The notes under the pieces were generated by a model. It ran no database searches, was not told the DNA's origin, and was given only the letters and a program-made list of their open reading frames with translations. Shown piece by piece: positions 16,851 through 29,800 of a stretch of DNA of 64,000 nt; the stretch's first letter is position 1; the number at the start of each line of letters is the position of its first letter. Source of the stretch: Eledone cirrhosa (lineage: Eukaryota); the NCBI GenBank assembly GCA_964016885.1, contig OZ024742.1, forward strand, positions 119,846,001 through 119,910,000, given 5' to 3'. A program made the position numbers and the translations under genes.

Positions 16851-17179
16851 ATGGAGGCACATGGCTTAGTGGTTAGAGCATTGGCCTTGCAATCGAAAGG
16901 TTGTGAGTTCAATTCTCAGACTGGGTGATGTGTTGTTTCCTTGAGCAAGACACTTTATTTCACATTGCTCCAGTTTACTCAGCTGTAGAAATGAGATGAT
17001 AGGGACTGGTGTCCATATCATTCCACTGCAAAGTGGTCGTGCAGGTGCCATGGCAAAAAAGCACCCAGCACTCACTGTAAATGAGGTTGGTTTTAGGAAG
17101 GGCATCCAGCTGTAGAATTTAAGCCAGAATCTGTTCCCGTCCCACCCTTGCAAGCAGGGAAAAAGCAGACATAAAATGA

Positions 17180-17180
<1 letters not shown>
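16851..17180 (+). mobile_element. tRNA-derived SINE with RTE-derived body and tail
   Basis: A box TGGCTTAGTGG, B box GAGTTCAATTC; tail CCCACCCTTGCAAGCAGGG; inverted head copy at 17345-17433. Confidence 0.88.
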
Positions 17181-17220
<40 letters not shown>

Positions 17221-17601
17221 CATAGCTATATATTTTCAATGTTGGAACAAAATATTCGAATCTACAAATTGTTCTCCTCTTACAACTTGAATCACCTGTT
17301 TTTTATGCAAAATGCAAAATCAACATCCTTCGTAAATAAAGAGTCTTGTTCAAGGAAACAACACACTACCCGGTCTGAGAATTGAACTCACAACCTTTCG
17401 ATTGCAAGGCCAATGCTCTAACCACTAAGCCATATATATATAATATATATATGTATTATATACATAGCTATATATATATATTGTTATACTTTGGGAGGGT
17501 CATGCTGCCAATAAAAACATACGCACCTGTTGGTTTTCACTTCAATTTATTATAAATTTCTGGTCAACTGATTGGTTCGATAACTGGATGGTTTATATAT
17601 T

Positions 17602-17644
17602 GTCAAAGCTCTTTCATCACACATTCTGTGACCTCCTCAGTGAC
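17602..17644 (-). ncRNA. Type I hammerhead ribozyme-like motif inside a repeat starting TTGTTATACTTTGGGAGGGTCATG (17481)
   Basis: Minus strand: GTCA CTGAGGA G GTCACA GAATG TGTGAT GAAAG AG CTT TGAC; 4-bp stem I, 6-bp stem II; AATAAA downstream on the same strand. Confidence 0.68.
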
Positions 17645-17943
17645 TTGGGTTTTATTTTGTGTCCCTCCTTTGTTCTTCCCTACGCCATCTTGTTTTGGTC
17701 TGTTGTATTTACATATTGATTCATTTTAGAAAATAAATAATTTGCTGAAATTCATGAGATTAATTGAATACAAAAATATTCATATAATTGCTAATATGAT
17801 TTATATAAATGATTTATAAAAGTATTCGTAAGTGAATAATAATAATAATATCATATTATTATTAATATTCGGTTTGTTTACAAGTAAACAGCCTCATAAA
17901 AGTGTCATACTGAAAAATTTTATTTTGTTTTTATTTAATCTAG

Positions 17944-18005
17944 AATCACGTGTGGTTGGAAAATCGAACATATTCTTTTACTCCTATTGCTGAAACTACA
18001 TTCAG
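17944..18005 (+). CDS. CACNA2D: alpha2delta exon a: NHVWLENRTYSFTPIAETTF(S)
   Basis: tctag|AAT...TTCAG|gtaat; resembles the vertebrate NRTYTWTPVNGTDYS segment. Confidence 0.88.
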
Positions 18006-20782
18006 GTAATATTGCCACTATAATACCAATCTTATTCTGTGTAGGCAGGAAATCTATGAGCTGTTGAAGGGATAGTTGTGTGGTTATGGTTGCTTTTGTA
18101 GCTACATGATTTTATGGTTGCTTTTGTAGCTACATGATTTTATGTTGAATCCTACTGCAAAGCTGTTGTAAGTGGTATTTGATAAGCAGAAACTGTACAA
18201 TATATATGTACAAGTGCATTGTATGTGTATCTGGTTTAGAATAGGTACACCATATTTCTGCATGTCATAAGAAGTGACGTATCCTGGAGTAGTAGGCTGC
18301 TTGATGAGTTTAGTGTGATATCATGAAGGTGAGATACAATAAGGAGCGTGAGTAGGTACACCATATTCCTGCATGTCATAAGAAGTGATGCATCTGGAAG
18401 AGCATCTGGTTGTAAAACATTGCCTCAAAAAGTTTTGTCCAATCCATGCGAGCATGGAAAAGTCAATGTATAAATGACATCATCGTCGACATCATCTTTT
18501 AACATCATGATGACAATATATATAATGCCTGTATATGTGTGTGTGTGTGTGTGTGTTTACATTTACACGGTTTAAAGGTCACTGTCATTTATGGGGTGTC
18601 AATCACTTTTAAAAAATTCTTTATTTTAATAAAAATTACTTTGGATATAATCGATAATTATTTTGTTTATATGGAGGCACATGGCTTAGTGTTAGAGCAT
18701 TGGCCTTGCAATCGAAAGGTTGTAAGTTCAATTCTCAGACCGGGTGATGTGTTGTTTCCTTGAGCAAGACACTTTATTTCACATTGCTCCAGTTTACTCA
18801 GCTGTAGAAATGAGATGATAGGGACTGGGGTCCCTATCATTCCACTGCAAAAGTGGTCGTGGAGGCGCCACAGCAATAAAGCACCCAGCACTCACTGTAA
18901 ATGAGGTTGGTGTTAGGAAGTGCATCCAGCTGTAGAAATCAAGCCAAAATCAGTTCCCGTCCCACCCTTGCAAGCAGGGAAAAAGCGGACGTAAAATGAT
19001 GATGATGATGATGTATATAAAATGTTGTGGACAGAGTTGCTGAAGCATGGAACAAATTACCTGCATCAGTTGTTAGTTGTCGAGAGACTTCATCCTTTAC
19101 TACCTCCATGCTTCCTGAGATTTGCCAACACTACACCTGATATCCCCCCCCCCCCCCCGCCATACATACGCACACATGTATTTCATGACTCGCACACTGT
19201 TCATTTTCCTTACATTTGTACATTATTCTATGTACTATACATGCACCTTTGATGAGTTGTAGTGCACCTGAAAACTGTACACAATAATTTCATTATTATT
19301 ATTATTTAAATGATGTATAAATTAATATTTTTATTACAGTTTGTGCATTTCTGTACCTACCCACCAAAATAAATATGTGCAGCCTATGGGAATTACAGCT
19401 AACGAAGGTAAATATTTTGAAATAATCTTGTATTGCAAATAGTTTTTCATGCAAACCATAGACAACAAATTGCATTTTGTTCATTCCTTTAAAAATTCTC
19501 TGTTGTTCATACTACATACCAGATTGAACCAGCAAATTCTCCATGGGTGTTACTGTGGGACTCAGGACTATTTACTAGAAATTTACAGACTTACAAATGG
19601 ACTATTCAAACATAAGTTAACCATGCTGGTTTAAAAGAAAGTGCAGATTGACATTTAACCACTTCTGTAGAAACTACTGTGTGAAGGTGCATGGCTTTGT
19701 GGTTAGGGTATTTGACTTACAATTGTAAGGTTGTGAGTTTGATTCCCAGTGGTGTGTTGTATCCTTGAGCAAGACACTTTATTTCCCGTTGCTCCAGTCC
19801 GCTTAGCTGGCAAAAGTGAGTTGTACCTGTAATTCAAATGACCAGCCTTATCACATTCTGTGTCACACTGAATCTCCCTGAGAACTACGTTAAGGGTACG
19901 TGTGTCTGTGGAATATTCAGTCACATGCACATTAATTTCATGAGCAGACTGTTCTGTTGGTCGGATCAATTAGAACACTCATCTACAAACTACCATTGCA
20001 GTTATTCACATTATAGTAGAGTCAATCATTACCACATCATCTTGTTTTTTTATATATGTTGCACTACCAGTTTCATAGATATTATCATAAGACTTTTCTA
20101 TAGACTAGCTTTGCATGATTAATCACATTATATTCATCACCATGTTGCATTTATTCTTAACCCTATACAGTGTTAATTTAGTAGAAGAAAGTGGCATTAT
20201 GAGTTGATAATAAATACAGACAGTACTATTGCTTATGCTAATTAACTTCATGTGTTATTGTTTGGAATATCTAACATTAATTAACTGCCATAAATCATGC
20301 TTTATTGCGAGCTAAGTACCACAGATAGTTACATACATAATTCATCATTCTTCATATTTTTTTTAATGGTAACATTTTTCTGTTTGATCAGACAGTAAAA
20401 TTTTACATTCTACAATTGGAGCAGGGCTGAATTTAAGCAAAATAAATACGCGTTTAGAGCATCAAGTGAACTATTTTATTCAAATCAAACATATTTGTCA
20501 TTTAAAATATTTCTTTTGTGTTCTTTATATATGGTGGTGGGAACACCATAATCTTTTAAGTGCTTAGGGTCTTAAAAGAACTTAATCTAGCCATACATTG
20601 GAATATAGTAAATGATAGTAAATGAGCCCCTTCTCTGCTAATAAATAAAAACCGTGAGTGTGATGGTAGTTTTATTGGTTTGATACAATTTAATTGTCAT
20701 CTCATTTGCAAAACTTTATTCCTCCACCATTAATCACACACTATAAAAAGTCAACCTCAACATAATCATAGCTTATAAAGCA

Positions 20783-20856
<74 letters not shown>

Positions 20857-23800
20857 GGCAACACTTATGTCTCTCTCAAGCTGATATCAGATCTAACTTA
20901 TTTCAGTAGTTACATTTTATGCCTATTTTCTTGTGTTGCTCTCATCTATAAGCCCTAAATCTTTTGTATTTTACTCCATGTAATCCTTAAACTACCATTG
21001 TACAAGTGTTTAACTATCAGCACGTGATATTTTGATTGGAGTATATAATCTATTTTCGTCATTTCACTAATCCAGTATGATTCTTAGTAACACTTTATTT
21101 GATATTTTAAATATCTTCCAGTTTTGTCATTTTATCCATAACCAAATTAACATTCATAGCAAGAGTATGTAAGTACACTGGCTCTAAAATAAAAAAAAAA
21201 TTGTTTTATAAAGCTGGGAAAAACATGGACTCTGATAACCAAAGAATTTCCTGGCTGAGTTGTGTAGACAGTTTTTTTTTTTTGCGGTGGGGGGTGGGGG
21301 GGTCGGCTAGAGTCAGCAGCAACACACACAACCAGGTGGTTGCTACCCATAAAAAAATAAGACCAAATAATTAAAATATTTACACAAAACAAATCTAAAA
21401 CACAAGCTTAAGTTGAGAGAATGGCTATTTATAATATTGGTTCTCTTACAATCTTGCTTTTTCTCATTTCCTCTTTCACCATCACCCTTTCACAAAAGAG
21501 AAAAGCAGGAAAAAAGAAAAAAGAAGTCACTGCTATAGACAGTGGCATGAGCATTGTTAAGCATCAATGAGCCCTTTACAGGAAGAATAGGGAGGGTGAT
21601 CAGCCAGTTCAAAGTTAGTCACATTAGAGCAACCATTGAAACCAAAGATTTGTGTGCTGGAGCATTGTCTTGATGAAACAAGACCCCTTGCATCAGTTTC
21701 CCCGTCTCAGCAGGTTGGCATAGTATTCTCCATTGATGGTATGGCCCTTTCAAATATAGTCAACTGAGGCTATCACCTCCCCTGCAGATAAAACGACCTT
21801 GGCCTTCTTTAAAGCATGGATTGTCTCTTTGTTTTTGGCTCAAAGTCAACACTCGTCCTGGGTTAGGAAACATTCAAGGAAACCAGCTAGAAACTGCCTC
21901 AAACAATGTCAGATTTTCTCGTGATGTAATCATCCTGGGGCACTTTTGATCAGGTGTCAAAAGACTTGGCACCTACCAATAGAAACCTTCATCATGCCAA
22001 GTTCATTGTGCTGAATATTCTCAACTCTCTCATGGGATATGCTAATAGCATGTATAGTCAATTGCCTGTTATCCATCATCAAGGGGTGAACACGATCAAT
22101 GTTTTCCTCGGTGGTGACAGTTGCAGGATGTTCAGACCTTGGGTCATCTTCAAGACTCTCCCTTCCCCTCCTAAATACAGCTGCTCACTTTTACACTGTT
22201 GATAAAGCTGGATCCTTGTCCCCTAATGTAGCAACCATCTCAGCATGAATGTCCTTGGAGGTTAAACCCTTTTTCTGCAGGTACTTGATAACACCACAAT
22301 GCCAAATTTTGTCCATTTTTAAGAGAAGTTACTACTAGTTAATTTTGAAGTCGTCTTTGAACAGTCAGATGTCAGTTTACCTGGAAAGAAATGATACAGT
22401 TATTAATAAGACGAGTTGAAATTAATGCTTGCATGATTTCACAGCTGTTATTATTCCTTCATAGTCAGCCTATGAACTTTTCAGCCCACCTTCATATTTG
22501 CATAATACACAACATAGGTAACTTGGAAAATTGAATGTCAAAATAAAATATCCTCTTTTATTTTCTAGGGAAAACTTTACTACATTCAAATCTATCATCA
22601 ATGCTCATTGCACCATGGTAAGCAGCCTTGTAATATTTTCTTTCTTTTACACAAGTAGATTTAACATAGTTTTGGTGCAACATCTTGTTGAATACATGCT
22701 TCATTTGCTAAAATGTATTGGCTTAAAAATATTTTGTGATAAGGCATCAAGTTATATGTTCTATCTATTATCCTTACTTGTCAATATTTGGTTTATATCA
22801 TGGACAAAAGATCTTTTTATCAGTTTTCTTTACCTTTATCAATTATTTTTTTACTTTTAATAAAATAAGAAGTTTGCTTTGTATCCATATTGTTCGTGGT
22901 CTGATCTCCTTATGCAGCACCTTGGAACATTCTCTTCTACCATGGCCTTGCTTTGATCAATGCCATGTGACTGAAATTTGGTAAATGGAAACTGTGCAAA
23001 ATCCCATCATATTCATGTACATATATGTATATAAATGTAAATTTGAATTCACAAACAAGAGAAGAAAGTATTCAGTACATAAAGTAAAACTTGTATAATT
23101 ATTATTTCAGAAAATTTACAGTGAATTACTTAATTTATTTGCATGGTGACATAAATTCCAAGTAACTCACTGCAAAGTCTCAGCTTTTAAAGTGACAAGC
23201 ATACATGTTTGTATTTACCAGTGTACACTGGTGCATCTGAAAAAAATACCTTATAGTATTCAGTTTTTGAGTTTCTTCTCTCTATACCAAAAGTGGATCT
23301 AACTATTTAATAGAGATTGATAAAATATGTAAAGGGCTAAGGTCAGGAGCCAATATTATCAACTAAGAAAAACTCTTGCCGGCAATGCACTGGTATAATC
23401 ACAGGCTGAAACATATAAAGGAATAAAATAAGTATTATCATTTTAATAACAGTTTAACTGATCTTCTTTTCTGCCTTCTCTGTAGGGATTATTACGCTGG
23501 CTATTCAAAAGAAGACAATATAACAATGACTGCTGATGATTTGTTTAATGTAATTGATGATTATATGGGCGGTATGTATTCTCTTTTTGTATTGGATTAT
23601 TCTGTAGAAAAGGACTATACCTTTGTAGGCCCTCCAAGACTTATGAGATTTATGTGATTAACATTCTTCCTCAACAGTTGAAAGTTGACAACTACAAGAA
23701 GGAAATCCAGAGGGTTGACATTCTGGGGAGAAAACAAACTGGATGTAGTGGCTAATGCAGGGTCTGAAAGGGGAACAGAGGCATACAATATGGCTGGTAA

Positions 23801-26800
23801 GGGAGCTAGTAATGCTTGAGTTCAAGTGGCCTGTGACCAGTGAGCTCCCAAAAGTAGAGGCCACTCTAGTAGTGCTGGAAGAGGCAGAGAAGTGACACAG
23901 CATATCTGTGAGAGAGAGGTTATATGAGAAACTTCATGTTATTCAGTCAAGTGGCCTTTCTTTGGATGATTAAGTATACCCATGGTGTAGAGCAGCTGTA
24001 GTCTATTGCAAATTTCTCCTGAGTTTCCAGTTGATAAGGTATAAAACATTTTGTTTCTGAAGAGGAAGGCTAGTCTTTGTTTATATATTAGTTTAGGATT
24101 CTAGTGCAGGTTTGGTATGAAGTGTCTAAGCTGCACATCGATGAAGGGTGAGGAAGGTTATGAAGGAATGATTGATATACTTTTCATAGGAGTGGGAATT
24201 GCTGGAGATAATGGCAAATAAGTAGTTGATGTATAGGTGGAAGAATGCAGGGGAGGGGGACTTTTGAGGCACGTCATGAAAAGCTCCATCAATATATGCC
24301 ATGATGGTACAATATCACTGGCAGCCATAGATCTAGGAGATATGATATATATAGTTCATGGGTGTGAAAGTTTGCCAAGAGATTTACATGAGAAATTGAA
24401 TTTGTTCATGTTGAGTGCAACAACCCTATTTTCAGTAAATATCTTGAGAGTATTGTGTGTGACATCGGATAGAAAGTCTCCAGCAGATCTTGCTTTACGA
24501 AAATCATACTGGGGCTATGGCAGGGTCATTAATGAGGGAAAGAGATTCAAGTTGTCAAAAAATGTAGTTATTAATGCCAACCTCCATCACGTTTGATATC
24601 TTGGAGATGAGTGCAATTGGAGGATCAGATGCGAGCTCAGAGGGTTGCACTTTTCAAGAAGTGGACACTAGTATTCTTCTAGAGATAAAGATATTTCACA
24701 AGAGATTGATTGAAGTGTTTGATGAAAATAGAGTTAAATCCGGTGTGACTTGTTTAAAGGTAATGAGACATTGCACATTTGAAGTGAGTGGAGGTACTTT
24801 AATATTTTCAATATGGAGGCACATGGCTTAGTGGTTAGAGCATTGGCCTTGCAATCGAAAGGTTGTGAGTTCAATTCTCAGACCGGGTGATGTGTTGTTT
24901 CCTTGGGCAAGACACTTTATTTCACATTGCTCCAGTTTACTCAGCTGTAGAAATGAGATGATAGGGACTGGGGTCCATATCATTCCACTGCAAAGTGGTT
25001 GTGGAGGTGCCATGGCAAAAAAGCACCCAGCCCACAGTGTAAAGTGGACGTGTAGGCGCCACGGAAAAAAAGCACCCAGCACTTGCTGTAAATGAGGTTG
25101 ATGTTAGGAAGGGCATCCAGCTGTAGAAATCAAGCCAGAATCAGTTCCCATCCCACCCTTGCAAGCAGGGAAAAGCAGACATAAAATGATGATGATGATG
25201 ATGATGATAGAGGTAAGTCTGCTAGAGCAAGAAAGAATAGTGTTTGATGATATTTACCAAATCTGTGTAGTGTGAAATGGGATGCAAAGCAGGTAGCAGT
25301 TACAGAATCTTGTTCATGGGATTACTGCTTACAAGAGATTTATGTTTGAGAAGTGAAGGGAGAGAGAGAAAGGAAAAGAAAAAGTGTGAGAGAGAGAGAG
25401 GGTGGAGTTACTGAAGGTTGGTAGACATCCTTATGACAAGTGTCCAATATGATCAGCTTCACTAAAAGATGTCTAAAGTGTAGGGATGGTCAATTTTCTC
25501 TAAACATTGCAGGCCATGTTCTTTTCCTGAATTGCTGCTGTACATTAATAACTGAACAACTTGAAACACTTAGAACTGTACATTTTAAATGTGTTCAGGA
25601 TAAGGAGGGACATAGCTAGGAAGATATTTTGAGTGAATTTAGTGCATTCTCTTCATTTAAATGCATTTTCTGATGACGATGATGATGATGTTGTAGTAGT
25701 AATAGTAGTAACAGTAGTAGTAGTAGTATATACTATAGTGACTGGAATGTAAAATATTTTTTTTTGTAATTGATGCATGTTTTCACAGGTTCTAACATAT
25801 AATATATGCGAATTTCTATATCCACTTTCAGTTAACCCTAGCCTGATACAACTATTACTTTGGGATGCTAATGTCACAAAGAAAATGGAACTTTACTGGC
25901 ATGATCTAGACACGATCTCCCAATTTAAGTATGTATATTCTACTATTTTCTTTTTAATTATAAATCTTGGTAGAAATGATACAGTGACCAATATAATAAT
26001 AATAATAATAATAATGAAATTATTGTGTAAAGTGCTCAGGTGCACTACAACTCGTCAATATAGTACATAGAATAATACACAAATGTCAGGGAAGTACATG
26101 TGTGTATGTGTTAGCTGTAGTGTTGGCGGATCTCAGGAAGCATGGAGGCCTTAAAGGATGCAGTGTCTCGACAGCTAACAACTGATGCAGGTAGTTTGTT
26201 CCATGCTTCAGCAATTCTGAGCGTGAAAAAATGTTTCCAAAAGTCATGGGAACTGTGCTGTTTTCTTACTTTGTGGGCATGTCCACGTGTGTTAGACACA
26301 TGGAAATCGAAAAGGTACTCAGGGTTGTTGTTGGCAACATGATTAACAATTTTGTGGGTGTTTACCAAGTCAGTTGCCAGGCATCAGAGCTTCAATGAAT
26401 CCATGCCCAGGGAAGCAAGGCGCTCAGAGTATGGTAGATGCCTAATGGAGGGTATTCGCTTGGTTGCACGTCTCTGAACAGTTTCCAGGCGGTCAATGTC
26501 CTGAGCAAGATAGGGGTTCCAGACTGGTGATGCAAATTCTAAGTGTGGTCGCACCATAGCTGTATACAGCCTTAAATAGATATCTGGAGAGCGGCTGACA
26601 AAGGTCTTGCTGAGTGATGCTAAGACACCCTCGGCCCTCTTGACAATTTTAGAGACGTGCCTTGTCCAACGCAAATCGTTGCTGACCGTAATGCCCAGGT
26701 CACGTTCACAGGAAGACTTCTTGATATTAGTGCTGTGGAGGGAGTATGTGGACGCTGGGTTTTTACTCCCAAAATGCATGGTGGTGCACTTGTCCACAGC

Positions 26801-29800
26801 TAGCTTGAGTTGCCAGTCTGAGATCCACTGTTGCATTGTGTCCAGGTCAGACTGCAAGCAAGATCTATAGTGTTCAGGATCTGTCCTTTTTATCTCAAGG
26901 TACAGCTTGATGTCGTCTGCGTACTTTACTACTGTGGCATTCTTTAAGTTGGCATCCATGTCATTAATATATGCCACAAACAAAAGGGGGCCAAGAACTG
27001 TGGTACACCAGATGACATCTCATATGGTGAGGAATGCTGTCCCAGAACCGTGACTACCTCTCTTCGACTGAGAATGAAGGATTTCAACCAGTTAAAAAGA
27101 TCATCCTTCACACCCATTGCAGAGAGTTTTGCTATAAGCCTTTTGTGTGGCACAGAATTGAAGGCCTTCGCAAAGTCAAGGTAAACAACATACACCCATG
27201 AGCCGCCATCAGTGATCCGGGTGATGTCCTCAAGAAACTCTATAAGTTGATCACAGCAGCTGGAGTTGGGGATAAATCCAAATTGCAAGGGCCGGATAAG
27301 ACTGTGAGAGCTCCAGAAGTTCCAAAGTGTTTCTCTGACACAGGATTCCATCAGTTTGGCGATGCAACTAGTAAGACTGACTGGACGATAGTTCACAGGT
27401 GATGTGCGGTCACCCTTTTTGAACAGAGGAATGACACTGGCAGTTTTCCACTGTTCTGGAGTAGCACTGTTGTTCAGACAGAATTGGAAGAAGCGTGATA
27501 ACTGGTGTAGAAGGAAGTACCCACCACGTTTAAGAAGCAGGTACGTAACACCATCAAGACCAGGAGAGGCATGGTTGCGTTTATTTTTTAGGTGACGTCG
27601 CAGCATTGCAGGTGTAAATTCCATGGTTGTAATAGAGTCTGGTGTCATTAATGTTTTAAAATATTCAGATTCATTGTTTTACATTCAAATTCCATGGGGG
27701 TCAGGGTTTTGATTTTTTTTTTTTTTGTTTCTGTTTTATCCTTCAAGGCTCAGTTAAATACTTATATTAATTTAACTATTGACTATAAAATTTATAGAGC
27801 AGTAGAGAAGGTTCAAAGAAATGTATTGTAGTGCTTTGTTTCCTTTGTCTCTGTTTTGAGGCTAAATCTTACCTTAGTTAACTTTGTCTTTAATTATTTT
27901 GGATAGATTAACGCTTTAACATTTACATTACTCTATATTTTCTATTATATTTTCATAGTAAAGGCTTTACCTCACATAATCCTCTCACATAATATCGAAT
28001 CTATGAGATTTTGATGTTATTTATTTTGAGAACAATACTTTAACATAAGTATGATCAGCTGGTTATGGTTGGTTTGAACAGAAAAAGGTGAGGGAATTCT
28101 GGCCGGTTTAAATGCTAAAGTGTTAAATTAACACCAGACTAAGTGTTGGCAACTGAATTTACAAAACCTCCTTTCACACCAAGTTAATGTTATCATTTAT
28201 TTAACTGGATTATATTCACTTTACCTGCATGTTTACATGATATATGGCTTCATCTCAGCATGTTGGTTAACAAATATTGTTTGTATTTGATTCTTCATTC
28301 AGCTGATCATTTTATATACTGAAATTATTTTCTTTTCTACATCTTAAAATAGTTCTCTATTCCATAATCTTAAAAAATTCCACTGAGTCATCTCCTCTAA
28401 ATGGGAGGTGTCCTATGCAATGTTTAAAACCCTTTTAATACTAAATCACCTGAGACCACTCACACTAAAGTATTCTTATCTAGAGTAAAATATCAAACAA
28501 AATATTACAACATGAATGGGAATGATAAGATGAGATTCCAGTTAATTGACACCAGCATAATATTATATACAAACATATATATTTACAGAAATGAATAAAA
28601 TAGAATTTGACTTAAACCTCCGAAATCTTGATCATATTGAAAATTAGTGTAACTCTTAAACAGTCTACTTGTTAGAAATATAGTCACAAAAGAACTGAAA
28701 AAAAAAAGAACACAGCTTTCAATGTATAGAAAATGTCCTTAATGAGGCTAAATATTAATTCTTTGCATCAGACACCCTGCTTTGTTAACATAGAGTTATG
28801 GCCCTTTGTGTTCTGAGTTCAAATCCCGCCAAGGTTAACTTTGCCTTTCATCCTTATGGGGTTGATAAAATAAAGTACCAGTAATGTACTGTGTAATGCT
28901 GGCCTTGTACCAAAAGTAGAAACAATTATTAGTATGAATAACATGTGGTGCACTAAATAAATATATACATATACACAAGGTCCGAACACAAGGGAACCAA
29001 ACTCCCACTGTCAATACCTCCGTCTCTCCTTCTCTCCCCATTTGACCTTTTTTTCACAGGGTTCTATATTTTAGTGGATGATAAAATTGTTGTTTTGAAC
29101 TTTATGATATTTCTAACAGCGAACTGTGTATTCTATGGTTCTTTGTATGATCATAAAAATTATTAATAATTAATGATTTGTTTTCAAATGTGATTACCTT
29201 TAAGTTATGTCAAAATTGGAAAATATTCCCTTAACTATTTCTTGACCTTATTTCAATTAATTAATTAAGAATTTTGAGAGTTTTACTAAAATTATTATTT
29301 CATTACTTAGATAGTAACTTAATATTCAGGTCATATAAAAAATTTTGTTGGAAGATTTTAATCTAAATAAGGTTTCTTTAGAAAGGGTCATTTTTGTTTC
29401 ATAAATACAGAGCTTGTTATGATTGAATTGATATTAAAGGGGTTAAATTGCAAGGTCTATAAAGATAATGATTTGCAAAATAATTTTAATTAAATCGTTT
29501 GCTGTAAAATAAAATATTATCAAATAAACAAATTTATTTAATAAAGTCCTTTTCACTATTCTTATTTTGTGAGAATCTGTCACTTAATTTTAAATTGAAT
29601 TTCATTCTATTTAAAAATTTATATTTTTTCTATATTTTTCTGCCATGCATTATAATTTGATTTTACTGTCTACAGTTAACATTCATGAGAAGTAAATTTT
29701 CTTTAGGTTCAGAGAAGATGTAATTGCAACGTTCGTTGGAACAAATGGTGGATTAACAATGGTATACCCTGCCAGGTAGAATACTTATATTTCATTTGTG

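Noticed and set aside
16853-16925. tRNA gene (TGC anticodon-like loop)
   Set aside because: Poor stems, and it continues into the SINE body in three copies; it is a SINE head
21122-21164. Candidate extra exon (ccag...gtatgt)
   Set aside because: 43 nt would shift the frame between exons b and c; no alpha2delta similarity
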